Source of the DNA: a virus
IMG/VR virus record: IMGVR_UViG_3300025732_000023
Coordinates: 1 to 64,000 of that record
DNA length: 64,000 bases
Strand: one strand, 5' to 3'
Below the pieces are notes generated by a model. It saw nothing but the letters and a program-made list of their open reading frames with translations, made no database searches and had not been told where the DNA came from. A program made the position numbers and the translations under genes. This document shows, piece after piece, positions 8,830 through 18,261 of the stretch (the first letter of the stretch is position 1; every line of letters starts with the position of its first letter).

Positions 8830-9675
8830 TTATTTCCATTGTACTCTACTTGGGGGTGGAGTAGATGGTTGTGCTGGTTGTGCGTTTGGTTTTTCTTCTT
8901 TTGGTGCAATATTTACTCTAATTCTTGGAACAAGATCAGCCACACCTTGAGGTATTCCAAGTGATTTAGCACCTTCCCAACCAGCAATTGCTGTCCCAGT
9001 ACGACGAATTCTAGATCCACTTCCAGGTTTTAAACCTGTTACCAATTCAAGACCTCTTTTTACATTTGAAAGTGCTTGACCATATGGACCTTTTGGTCCT
9101 TGTGCTGCTGCCTGAGCAGCTTGTTGAACTGCTTGCTGTCCAGTTTGAGCAGCAGATTGAATTCTTTGTCCAGTTTTACTTAAAATAGGTCCAGCAGTTT
9201 GCGTTACTGCTGTTCTCCCAATATCAAGTAATCCAGTTGCAGCTTGACGAATTTGTGGATTACCTGCTGTTCTTCTCGCTTTATCTATTAAATTTGAAAG
9301 TGTCCCAACATTTACCTCAAATAAATCAGCAGATTCATTAATACAAAATTCGTATAAATGTTCTTCGGTGATTTCGTTAGCATTATACCCATCTTCTACT
9401 AAACAATCAATAATTTGTTCAGAAATAACAATAGTTGTGAAAATATCAGTAAACCAAGCCTCACCTAAATGAGGAATCATATTTTTTGCTTGCTGTTTAG
9501 TTTCAACAAAACCAGCAATAACCAAGTAATTCTCTATTGATTCACATAAATTTTCTTCATTAATTTCAAAAACCTCTTCAATTTCATCAATAACAGTTTC
9601 CTCTTGTACTACTGTTGAATCTGAGTAAATTGACTTATATGCTTCTGCAATTCCTTGCGTTACGTTTGGAGACAT
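8830..9675 (-). CDS. hypothetical late protein with acidic N-half and basic C-half
   Basis: EAYKSIY N-terminal motif; helix module; TATAAATA at 9706-9713. Confidence 0.7.
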   Translation of the reverse strand: MSPNVTQGIAEAYKSIYSDSTVVQEETVIDEIEEVFEINEENLCESIENYLVIAGFVETKQQAKNMIPHLGEAWFTDIFTTIVISEQIIDCLVEDGYNANEITEEHLYEFCINESADLFEVNVGTLSNLIDKARRTAGNPQIRQAATGLLDIGRTAVTQTAGPILSKTGQRIQSAAQTGQQAVQQAAQAAAQGPKGPYGQALSNVKRGLELVTGLKPGSGSRIRRTGTAIAGWEGAKSLGIPQGVADLVPRIRVNIAPKEEKPNAQPAQPSTPPPSRVQWK

Positions 9676-9715
9676 TTTAAAAAAAGAATTATTTCTACTT
9701 AGAAATATTTATAAT

Positions 9716-10093
9716 TTAAAATGATCTACCAAGCATTTGGGTGTATCCAGTTGGATTTGATTGATATGCTTTTATATGGTGTTTTGATATTTGTCTGTCT
9801 ACTGCTTTAACTCTTGGATCTTCTGTTGGATCTACCCACTGTAAAGCATTAGAAACTGCTGGTGGAGTTAATGCAACAGCAGCACCATACAATCTACCAA
9901 TAGGACCAGAAGTTGATGGTGATGCTGCCTTTACTGCACCAGATGCTCTTGCTACCGGACCTATTGCTCTCCACAATGTCTTTGTGAGTGGGTTTCTAAT
10001 CAATGGACTTTTAGATGCAGATTGTAAAGCACCCTTAATATCTACTTCTTGTAGATCATAAGCTTCTGCACAAAATTGCTTAAAAGTTTTCAT
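9716..10093 (-). CDS. putative internal head protein with capsid-targeting-like N-terminus
   Basis: Likely start MKTFKQFCAE at 10093, overlapping the upstream stop (ATGA). Confidence 0.65.
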   Translation of the reverse strand: MKTFKQFCAEAYDLQEVDIKGALQSASKSPLIRNPLTKTLWRAIGPVARASGAVKAASPSTSGPIGRLYGAAVALTPPAVSNALQWVDPTEDPRVKAVDRQISKHHIKAYQSNPTGYTQMLGRSF

Positions 10094-11691
10094 TTTTTGT
10101 CTCCTTGTTGTGATCTCTGCCAATTACCATAAGTTCTTCCAGCAGACTTAACAAAATCAGTAAATCCTTTTCTTACATTTGCTGGAACTTGTGCTCTGAT
10201 TTCCTGTGGTACTGCCTTTCTAATATTAGTAAGAACACCCTGAGTTGTTACTTTTTTCTTTGGATCACCAGTAATTACATTATATGCTTTTGATCCTAAC
10301 TCAGCACCAACTGTTAAACCAGCAGTTGCACCAATAGCAGATCCAATTGGACCAGCAACTGATCCAAGAGTACCTCCAACTACACCACCCAAACCACTTC
10401 CGATTGCTCTTGCTGCACCAGCACCAACCGATCTTTTTTGGCTACTGCCCATTGCCCTAGCAATATCATATCCCTTATTCGCTTCAATTCCAGTTCCAAC
10501 AACACCAAGTACTTTTCCAGCAGTTCCAAGACCTTTCATCATCTTTGCTCTTTCTGCTGCTTTTTCAGCAGCAATCTCAGATCTGACTTGCTTCGCTGCC
10601 TTAACTACCACATCAGCAAGTTTTTGGGACTGTGTAGTTTTTGATAATGAACTTACTGCTGGTTTTGGTGCTGATACTGCTCTCAGAGTTCCCAAATTAA
10701 CAGTTGGTGCTTTATACTTATCTAAATTTAATTTTGGAAGCGGTTTTACTTTCGGTGATGTTGTTGCAGTAGCAATTGTAGGTTTGCTTGAAGAGGCAGT
10801 AACTTTTGGTCTGCTAGTAACAACACTAACATTGACTGGTTCAATTTTTGCACCAACCATTTGACCTGCTCTTGGTTTACCGAGAACACCAGTTCTTCCA
10901 GGTCCTCTTTGAGGTCTAATCGTTTGTGATTCACCTGGTCTATTTGATACCAAAGGACCAGCAGGTTCAGTGCCAAGTTTTAAACCTGGCAATGTTTTTG
11001 GTTTTGGTTCTGCAACTTTGGTTCCAGGAACAGTCTTTGCAGTTACATCAACAGTAGATGTAGATGCTCTTTGAGTAGTTTGTGCTTGACGATATGCTGC
11101 CTGCTTTTGTGATACTGCCGCCTGACTTACTGGTTTTGGTTTTGATGAAGTTGTTACAGTTTTCGATGGTTTCCATGGATCGGGAGTTGCAGTTGCTGAC
11201 TTTCCTCGAATCATACTTGAAATAATCTCATCTGTCGTTGTTCCAAGTTCCTTTGATGATTGATTAATAAAATCTCTGAGTGCTCTTTCTCTATGTCCTG
11301 GTGAAGGTCCTATTGGTGGAACTAGTTTTCTCATTCCACGTTCAAATGTCTTTTGACCTCCACTAGAACCACCTGGCATATCCCAAGGATTGGGACCAAG
11401 AAATCTATTTGCTCTTGCTTGTCTCTTTTGAGTCACAAAAGATGGTACAGTTCTGGTATCTAAACCACCAGATCTTGCACCAGCAAATCTTTTTGCCGCT
11501 TCAATCTCACCCTTTACTTGAGAAATAGTTTTAGGAGATTTCTGAACAGTTGCTCTGCGACCTGGTTCTTTTGGTCCAGGTCTTTTTGTGTACATTGGTT
11601 CACCCTGAGCATCATAACCAGATGGTTTACCATACCCAGAAGTAGTTCTCTTTTCTTCTATATTAACAGCAAAATTCTGAAACGACTTCAT
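10090..11691 (-). CDS. basic low-complexity late protein with C-terminal glycine zipper
   Basis: MKSFQNFAVNIEE start; GLGGVVGGTLGSVAGPIGSAIGATAG; late promoter 11715-11722. Confidence 0.7.
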   Translation of the reverse strand: MKSFQNFAVNIEEKRTTSGYGKPSGYDAQGEPMYTKRPGPKEPGRRATVQKSPKTISQVKGEIEAAKRFAGARSGGLDTRTVPSFVTQKRQARANRFLGPNPWDMPGGSSGGQKTFERGMRKLVPPIGPSPGHRERALRDFINQSSKELGTTTDEIISSMIRGKSATATPDPWKPSKTVTTSSKPKPVSQAAVSQKQAAYRQAQTTQRASTSTVDVTAKTVPGTKVAEPKPKTLPGLKLGTEPAGPLVSNRPGESQTIRPQRGPGRTGVLGKPRAGQMVGAKIEPVNVSVVTSRPKVTASSSKPTIATATTSPKVKPLPKLNLDKYKAPTVNLGTLRAVSAPKPAVSSLSKTTQSQKLADVVVKAAKQVRSEIAAEKAAERAKMMKGLGTAGKVLGVVGTGIEANKGYDIARAMGSSQKRSVGAGAARAIGSGLGGVVGGTLGSVAGPIGSAIGATAGLTVGAELGSKAYNVITGDPKKKVTTQGVLTNIRKAVPQEIRAQVPANVRKGFTDFVKSAGRTYGNWQRSQQGDKK

Positions 11692-11721
11692 CGCCTATTG
11701 ACTACCTTTTTAGGTATTTAT

Positions 11722-11764
11722 AAAAAAAGAGGGTCCGAAGACCCTCGAGGGTCCGAAGACCCTC
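11722..11764 (-). terminator. tandemly duplicated cUUCGg hairpin terminator after the nrd operon
   Basis: GAGGGTC-TTCG-GACCCTC twice, then a T7 run and TATAAATA. Confidence 0.8.
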
Positions 11765-11921
11765 ACTTTACATCATCATCAAGTTTACCTAACCACTCTT
11801 TTTCATAATCATAATCACCAAATAAGAACTCATCACATTCTGCCGCTTCTTTATATGCGTTCAATATTTCTTCTTTATTCCACTCAAAGTTGGAATCCTG
11901 AGAAGGTATTTTCTGTGACAT
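11763..11921 (-). CDS. small acidic hypothetical protein overlapping the nrdB 3' end
   Basis: MSQKIPSQD...EWLGKLDDDVK; fills the gap to the terminator. Confidence 0.4.
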   Translation of the reverse strand: MSQKIPSQDSNFEWNKEEILNAYKEAAECDEFLFGDYDYEKEWLGKLDDDVK

Positions 11922-13068
11922 CTTGTTTGATTCCTCCGACAATATAGGATTCAACTTCGGTTTCCTGTGGTGCCACTTGAAGACCCTTCGAAGAAATCCA
12001 ATGCTCTGTCCAAGGAAGTGGATTATTTTTTGCTGAAATATCATAGAGTGGTTTAAGTCCAATTGCTTTCATTCTACGGTTTGCAATCCATTCGACATAC
12101 TGTTGCAACAGTTTGTCATTGAGACCAATCATCGAACCATCTTTAAACAGATATTCTGCCCAGAGTTTCTCCTGGTTAACAGCATTTTCAAAGGTCTTAT
12201 AAACCCATTGCTCCTCTTCTTTGGAAATACGTGCCATTTCAGGATCATCACCTTCTTTCCATTTATTCATAATGTTCTGGGTGATAACCAGATGCTGGTT
12301 TTCGTCACGTGCGATCAGGGAGATGATTTTTGCACTTCCTTCCATAAGTTTGAGTTCGCCAAACGCAAAACTGCAAGCGAAACTGACGTAAAAGCGAATA
12401 CCTTCAAGAATATTAACGTTTGCAACTGCTCGGAAAAGTTTCCGTTTGAGTTCATACCTTGCCTCTTGTGCGTATGGAACTTGTTCTAATGCGTGAATCC
12501 ACTCATTTGAAGTATCATACTGATGGGCACTGTTAATGAAGTCATTGTATGCCTGAGTTACACTCACGGCACGTTCCATAATGCGATCTTCTTTTAGAAT
12601 CGTATCAAAAACTTCAGATGGATCTGAATATACATTCTTGATAATATACGTGTATGAACGGGAATGGATCATCTCCATAAACTCCCAAACTTTCATACAC
12701 GCTTCCAGTTCAGGAAGTGAACAGTATGGAGCAAATGCCATACCAGGTCCACGACCCTGAACAGAATCCAACATAACCTGATATTTCAGATTACTAGTAA
12801 AGATATGCTTTTGCTCTGGACGAAGGGATTGATAATCCCCACGATCCTTTTGGAGGGAGACCTCCTCAGGTCTCCAGAAATATCCCAATTGTTGTGTTGT
12901 GAGTTTATCAAAGATTGGATACTTATAAGAATCATATCTCTGAATTCCAAGGGGTTGTCCAAAAAACATTGGTTGTTTTTTGGTGTCTACTTCCTGAGGA
13001 TTGAAAACGGTCATCGATTCGACCATTGATTTTTCCTCCAAACCTGTTTTAAATCTTACAAGACTCAC
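11884..13068 (-). CDS. nrdB: ribonucleotide reductase class I beta subunit
   Basis: FWRPEEV, EMIHSRSY, EGIRFYVSF, RDENQH, VAPQETE; GTG start with GAGGAGG RBS. Confidence 0.97.
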   Translation of the reverse strand: MSLVRFKTGLEEKSMVESMTVFNPQEVDTKKQPMFFGQPLGIQRYDSYKYPIFDKLTTQQLGYFWRPEEVSLQKDRGDYQSLRPEQKHIFTSNLKYQVMLDSVQGRGPGMAFAPYCSLPELEACMKVWEFMEMIHSRSYTYIIKNVYSDPSEVFDTILKEDRIMERAVSVTQAYNDFINSAHQYDTSNEWIHALEQVPYAQEARYELKRKLFRAVANVNILEGIRFYVSFACSFAFGELKLMEGSAKIISLIARDENQHLVITQNIMNKWKEGDDPEMARISKEEEQWVYKTFENAVNQEKLWAEYLFKDGSMIGLNDKLLQQYVEWIANRRMKAIGLKPLYDISAKNNPLPWTEHWISSKGLQVAPQETEVESYIVGGIKQDVTENTFSGFQL

Positions 13069-13116
13069 AATCTTCCTCCTCTGTTTAAATTAACTTTTGG
13101 AAAAATTCTACACATT

Positions 13117-13293
13117 CTATTTACCTCCAAAAAATATTTGGGTTTCATAATACATTTCTTCTTCATAAGCAACATAATCACTTTGAAGATAGTTAAAGAA
13201 CTCTCCGTCTTCACTTCTCATAGTATAGCACCATTCATCAAAGATTTCTCCAATCCACCACCAACCAACTTGGAGTTTCTCAAAGAAGTTCAT
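13117..13293 (-). CDS. small aromatic/acidic hypothetical protein in the homing endonuclease cassette
   Basis: MNFFEKLQVGWWWIGE...; lies between the endonuclease and nrdB. Confidence 0.5.
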   Translation of the reverse strand: MNFFEKLQVGWWWIGEIFDEWCYTMRSEDGEFFNYLQSDYVAYEEEMYYETQIFFGGK

Positions 13294-13300
13294 AGGTCTA

Positions 13301-13984
13301 TTATATTTTAACATAACTCCACCTATATCCTTTACAGTGATTGAATTTTCCTTCACAGGTATATTTAATGTTAGAAGGATTTGTTTCTACAAATTTAGCA
13401 GCATCACTAATAGATTGAAACTCTCTTAAAAAGTTTCCTTCAATATCATACTGGAATACTTTGGTTCTTTTTATGTTTGGATTGTTTTTTAGTGTTTGAG
13501 AAGTTTTAGATTTACTTTCTTCTTTATGTGATTTTCCAGCAAATCCACAAGGAGATGGTTGTCCCTTTCTCATTTTACTCCACTTTTCTTTTTGTTCTTC
13601 GGTATGTGTTTGATTGTAGAATGAATTTTTATGTCCCACAAACTTTCCTTTTCTTTTTAAAGATAAAAGTTTTCTTGTATCTTCCGTATGAGAATATCCA
13701 AGAATTCCTCCATCACCACCAAGAGTTTGATTATATTCTGGATTTAATTTGGAAATCCATTCAATTTCTTTTTCTCCAAGAATGTTAGTGTCGCACCTAT
13801 CCAACTCTTCAATAATAAAATTATCTTCGCCATACTTTCTTATTGCTTTATGAAAGTGAGTTGTTGAACCATTTTTAGAAGCATAGCAGTGATTATAAAA
13901 TCTTATTGATAATGATTTTATGGTTTTACCGATATACTTCTTATTATTAATTTTATTAGTTATTAGATAGATACGACCAGACAT
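13301..13984 (-). mobile_element. free-standing GIY-YIG homing endonuclease (Seg/I-TevI-like) with NUMOD3 and NUMOD1 motifs
   Basis: GRIYLITN...KYIGKT; HTEDTRKLLS, HTEEQKEKWS and HKEESKSKTS repeats; VFQYDIEGNFLREFQSISDAA; AT-rich. Confidence 0.9.
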
Positions 13985-13995
13985 AAAATATTATT

Positions 13996-14027
13996 AAAAC
14001 CTATTACTATTTATAATAACAGGTTTT
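13996..14027 (-). promoter_or_regulatory. late promoter embedded in an RBS-sequestering hairpin upstream of the endonuclease
   Basis: AAAACCTGTTATTA-TAAA-TAGTAATAGGTTTT: 14-bp stem with two G-U pairs, containing TATAAATA (14015-14008). Confidence 0.8.
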
Positions 14028-14037
14028 TACACTTTCG

Positions 14038-16335
14038 TCAAATTTTACAACTCTCACAATCGTCTTCTTCGGCATTAGAAAGTTCCATAAGAAGTGATTG
14101 GAGGTCTTGTTTTTCTTCAACTACTTCATCAGTTTTATGGTCGTAAGTATTTTGATAATATGCTGTTTTCCAACCATAACGATAGCAAGTCAAAAGGTCT
14201 TGTGCCATTACCGAAGTAGGAACTTCATTATCGGCATAATTCTCTGGATTATACGACCAGTTTCCAGAAATCGCTTGATCGAAGAACTTTTGCATAACAG
14301 CAACAATATTGATATAACCACGATTACTAGGCATATCCCAGAGAAGCGTATAGTTGTTTTTAAGAGTCTGATACTGCGGGACAATCTGTTTGAGAGGACC
14401 CTTTTTCGACTTCTTAACGGACAAGTATCCGCGAGGTGGTTCGATTCCATTGGTTGCATTTGACACAACGGAACTGCTCTCCGATGGCATCTGTGCGGAC
14501 AATGTTGAGTTCCGTACCCCATATTGTAGAACCTGTGCTCTAAGAGACTCCCAATCATACTTCAATTCGTTTGGAACGATTTCATCAACATCCTTCTTGT
14601 ATGTATCAATTGGTAGAATACCCTGAGAATACTTAGTGCGATGTGAATACTCACAAGCACCCTTTTCTTTCGCAAGATTTACTGTTGATTGAATCAGATA
14701 GTATTGGAATGCCTCAGTGAGATCGTGTACCAGTTTCCAGGCACCAGGATCATCGTAATGTTCGCCGTTCTTGGCAAGATAGTGTGCCAGACCGATAAAA
14801 CCTATACCCAGAGAACGACGTGCTCTGGTGGCGATTTCTGCTGCTCTGACGGGGTATCCTTGAAAATCAATAAGTTCATCCAGAGAGCGCACAGAAAGAT
14901 CGCAGAGAACTTCAAGGTCTTCAAGGTCACGGATTTTCCCGACATTGATTGCACTAAGAATGCAGAGAGCGATTTCACCATCAGTATCATCAATATGTTG
15001 AAGTGGTTTAGTAGGAAGAGTGATTTCCTGACACAGATTGCTCATCTCAACTTTATCCAGGAAAGATGAGTGAGAGTTGCAGTGGTCAATATTCATAATG
15101 TAAATACGACCAGTTTCTGCACGTTCTTTTAGAAGATCCAGAAAGAGTTCTTGAGCTCCGATAGTTTTTCTTGGAACAGATGTATCTCGTTCGTAAGATA
15201 CGTATAACTCGTCAAATCGATCAGTGCCAAAAGCATCATACAAACCAGGAACGTCGTGTGGACTGAAGAGTGATACTTCTCCGTTTTGAATGAATCGTTC
15301 ATAGAAGAGTTTGCTGATTTGGATACTGTAGTCTAACTTACGAACACGGTTATCTTCGGTTCCTTTGTTATTTTTTAATACTAGGATATCTTCGATCTCT
15401 TGATGCCAGATTGGGAAGTGGACCGTCGCACTTCCTCCTCGTATACCATTTTGCGTGCAGCAACGGACAGTGCTTTCAAACTTTTTGAGAAACGGTACAA
15501 CGCCAGTGTGCTGGACTTCGCCACCTCTAATCCTACTGTTGATACCACGGATTCGACCTGCATTGATACCGATACCCGCCCTTTGTGCAACATATCTGCC
15601 AATAGCCATATCGCTAGTAAAGATACTATCGAGGGTGTCATCAACATCAACAAGGACACAGCTAGCGTATTGTCTAAGCGGCGTTCGCACTCCCGCCATG
15701 ATGGGAGTTGGAATGTTGATTCGGTGTCTGGAGATTGCATCGTAGTACTTTCTAACGTAGTCTAAACGTGTTTCCTTAGGATACTTGGAGAAGATAGTCG
15801 CCGCAATCAAAAGGTACATAAACTGTGGCGTTTCATAAAGTGCCCCAGTGCTTCTGTCCTGCACTAGATACTTATCAACGACCTGACGTAGACCAGCATA
15901 AGTGAACAGATAGTCACGACTATGATCAATGAACGACTCAAGTTTATCAAACTCTTCATCAGAATAAAGCGATAGAATCTCTGGGTCATACACTCCTCTA
16001 CCCACACAACGCTCTACGTGCTGCTTGACGGTAGGACATTCATGCATCCGACCAAACAACTGCTTACGAAGGGCAAACAGCAGCAGACGGGCAGCAACGA
16101 ACTGATAGTTAGGATGATCGAGGTCAATCAGGTCGGAAGCAGAGCGAATCAGAATTTCCTGAATCTCTGCGGTTGTAATTCCGTCATAAAATTGGATTCC
16201 AGACTGCATCTCAACTTGTGATGCAGATACATTTGCGAGGTCCTTACATGCCTCTTCCACCATAATGTGGAGTTTATTTAAATCAAGGGGTTCAGTTTTA
16301 CCGTTCCTTTTAACGACTTTCGTTCCGTTGCTCAT
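14038..16335 (-). CDS. nrdA: ribonucleotide reductase class I alpha subunit
   Basis: ATP cone (VVKRNG), SNLCQEI, MPSESSS, C-terminal CESCKI. Confidence 0.97.
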   Translation of the reverse strand: MSNGTKVVKRNGKTEPLDLNKLHIMVEEACKDLANVSASQVEMQSGIQFYDGITTAEIQEILIRSASDLIDLDHPNYQFVAARLLLFALRKQLFGRMHECPTVKQHVERCVGRGVYDPEILSLYSDEEFDKLESFIDHSRDYLFTYAGLRQVVDKYLVQDRSTGALYETPQFMYLLIAATIFSKYPKETRLDYVRKYYDAISRHRINIPTPIMAGVRTPLRQYASCVLVDVDDTLDSIFTSDMAIGRYVAQRAGIGINAGRIRGINSRIRGGEVQHTGVVPFLKKFESTVRCCTQNGIRGGSATVHFPIWHQEIEDILVLKNNKGTEDNRVRKLDYSIQISKLFYERFIQNGEVSLFSPHDVPGLYDAFGTDRFDELYVSYERDTSVPRKTIGAQELFLDLLKERAETGRIYIMNIDHCNSHSSFLDKVEMSNLCQEITLPTKPLQHIDDTDGEIALCILSAINVGKIRDLEDLEVLCDLSVRSLDELIDFQGYPVRAAEIATRARRSLGIGFIGLAHYLAKNGEHYDDPGAWKLVHDLTEAFQYYLIQSTVNLAKEKGACEYSHRTKYSQGILPIDTYKKDVDEIVPNELKYDWESLRAQVLQYGVRNSTLSAQMPSESSSVVSNATNGIEPPRGYLSVKKSKKGPLKQIVPQYQTLKNNYTLLWDMPSNRGYINIVAVMQKFFDQAISGNWSYNPENYADNEVPTSVMAQDLLTCYRYGWKTAYYQNTYDHKTDEVVEEKQDLQSLLMELSNAEEDDCESCKI

Positions 16336-17303
16336 ATTTTCTTCCAGTTGTTAAACTTAATTTTTGCTTCTAAACCTGAGTAGGTATTTGATTTTAACAC
16401 ATCCATAACATTAAGTCCAGCGAGCACCATATCATTGATATCTTTTTGCTCAATGGATGTTGGCCAGATAATCACTTTGTCGCCTCTGTTGATGGTTTTT
16501 GATATTCGGTTGACGATTTCTCGATTGCGAGGTTCGTTATCAAAAACGTAAATATAATCGCCCCAACCAAACGACCCAATATCAACGTCGGACCCACACA
16601 TAGCAACAGCATTTTGTACAAACGTGGAGTCGAAGGGTCCTTCAACAATATAAATGGGTTTCGAAGAATCCACTTGGTCAAGACCGTAAATTTTTGGGGC
16701 ATCATCAGAAAGCATCACAGTGATATATTTAACAGGGTTTGGACCTAGTGCTCTTCCCTGAAAACCAATCAAGTTACTGTCAGCATCATACATTGGTATA
16801 ATAATGCGACTCTCATCCCTACCGATAGTGTCGAAAGTAACTTTTTGGGAGTTTGTCCATTCTTTAAATTTGTGAGCAAAATAAAACTTTTCAGGATCAA
16901 GTTGCCGTTTTTGTAGGTATTCTTTGGCGATTTGTACCTCAGATGCTTTGGGTAAATCCAGTTTCTTTTTAAAAACTGGTTTAGCAAAATCAAACTTGGG
17001 TTCCTCTACGACGAAACCTCTGCCAGTATGACCTTCCTTAAACTTCTCCATCGTGTACTGCTTGTACAGTACGGCATCAAGTTCTTTGAGAAAGTTGTTG
17101 AAAGACATACTAGCACCACAGTTGTGGCACTTGAAGTTGGTGTTATTCTTCACGGGGTATAGATACCCCCTTGTCTTGTTTTTATTCTTCTGGGAGTCCC
17201 CACAGATAGGGCAGCGGAAGTTGTAGAGATCCGCTTTGACCCTCTTAAATTTTTGAAGACGTGATGAAACTAATCCAATATACTTGGAATCAACCAAATC
17301 CAT
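16332..17303 (-). CDS. g61: DNA primase (gp61)
   Basis: CPICGDS...CHNC zinc finger; EGPFDS and DNEPRN TOPRIM motifs. Confidence 0.95.
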   Translation of the reverse strand: MDLVDSKYIGLVSSRLQKFKRVKADLYNFRCPICGDSQKNKNKTRGYLYPVKNNTNFKCHNCGASMSFNNFLKELDAVLYKQYTMEKFKEGHTGRGFVVEEPKFDFAKPVFKKKLDLPKASEVQIAKEYLQKRQLDPEKFYFAHKFKEWTNSQKVTFDTIGRDESRIIIPMYDADSNLIGFQGRALGPNPVKYITVMLSDDAPKIYGLDQVDSSKPIYIVEGPFDSTFVQNAVAMCGSDVDIGSFGWGDYIYVFDNEPRNREIVNRISKTINRGDKVIIWPTSIEQKDINDMVLAGLNVMDVLKSNTYSGLEAKIKFNNWKKI

Positions 17304-17316
17304 TATGAAGGGAGTA

Positions 17317-17673
17317 TTACTTCGTTCTTTCTATTGTAGCAGGGGTTTGATTGTGAGTCAACAACTTGGGAACAAAAGCATTGATTGTTCCAATAACAAC
17401 AACTGCCACTGCAAGAACTCCCCCAACTTGCCATCTAAACTTATAAAGACCATCTAATTTAGTTTCTATATCTTCTACTTTTTTACAAAGTTCATTATCA
17501 TCTTTACCACATTGTTCTATTCTTTCATCATGAACCGCAAGCATTTTGCAAATGTTTTGGTTAGTTTCACTCAGAGTTTGAATCGCAGAATCAACTTTCT
17601 CAATGATTTGTTCGTGTGCTTTAAATCTTTCTTGTAGCACAGCAATTTGGACCTTTGAGTCGTTGCTAAACAT
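17317..17673 (-). CDS. coiled-coil protein with C-terminal TM helix
   Basis: Heptad pattern followed by WQVGGVLAVAVVVIGTI. Confidence 0.7.
   Translation of the reverse strand: MFSNDSKVQIAVLQERFKAHEQIIEKVDSAIQTLSETNQNICKMLAVHDERIEQCGKDDNELCKKVEDIETKLDGLYKFRWQVGGVLAVAVVVIGTINAFVPKLLTHNQTPATIERTK
17333..17361 (-). promoter_or_regulatory. sigma70-type promoter for primase/nrd
   Basis: TTGACT-17-TACAAT with extended TG. Confidence 0.55.
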
Positions 17674-17674
17674 T

Positions 17675-17881
17675 TTAGGTCTTCCTCTTCTTCTTTCTTG
17701 TTTGTCTCACAAGATCTCTAAAAAATATATTCCATCCCCTTTCTTTTCTTCTCCTTAAATCTACTGGTGGATCATCACCTGCTTCAACTGTCCCTGCAAT
17801 TCCACCAGCACCAACACTCATAGTTGGACCACCCTCTTCTTTAAGAGTGTGAACAATATCAATTATCTTATCAATATCCAT
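17675..17881 (-). CDS. hypothetical protein
   Basis: 68 aa, translationally coupled. Confidence 0.6.
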   Translation of the reverse strand: MDIDKIIDIVHTLKEEGGPTMSVGAGGIAGTVEAGDDPPVDLRRRKERGWNIFFRDLVRQTRKKKRKT

Positions 17882-18252
17882 TAGATTGTTTGCAGTTGTT
17901 TTAAACAGTTTTCATCCACACTAATTTCATTAAGTTTAGTTTTTGGATATTCTGGAACTCTATTCAAAAACACCAAAAAACTTTTGATAGGAGACCAAAG
18001 ATCTTCTTCCAAATGATAGAATAATAGAGGAATAGTCGCATCATCAAAGACATTAAACAGAACAATGAGGTGATTCAATATTAAATGAACCTTCAATTCC
18101 CCAGTGTTCTTATATCTCTTCAATAACCTTTTGATATAACGAATGCGTTTTAAATCCGACTCAAAATCATCTCTGGTGACTGCCTGAGGATTATTGTAGA
18201 ATTTTATCGCAAAGAGCATATAATTGCCCTCATTCAACTCATTAAATCTCAT
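17881..18252 (-). CDS. conserved T4-like cyanophage hypothetical protein
   Basis: FAIKFYNNP...DLKRIRYIKRL...HLILNHLIVLFNVF pattern. Confidence 0.7.
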   Translation of the reverse strand: MRFNELNEGNYMLFAIKFYNNPQAVTRDDFESDLKRIRYIKRLLKRYKNTGELKVHLILNHLIVLFNVFDDATIPLLFYHLEEDLWSPIKSFLVFLNRVPEYPKTKLNEISVDENCLKQLQTI

Positions 18253-18261
18253 ACCATATTA

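Noticed and set aside
13084-14037. Group I intron in nrdA/nrdB
   Set aside because: Both genes are complete and the non-coding gaps (about 30-50 nt) are too small for a ribozyme core; this is a free-standing cassette
14098-16221. Multiple short overlapping or antisense ORFs within nrdA (and similar ones inside other core genes)
   Set aside because: Shadow frames of conserved genes with no independent evidence
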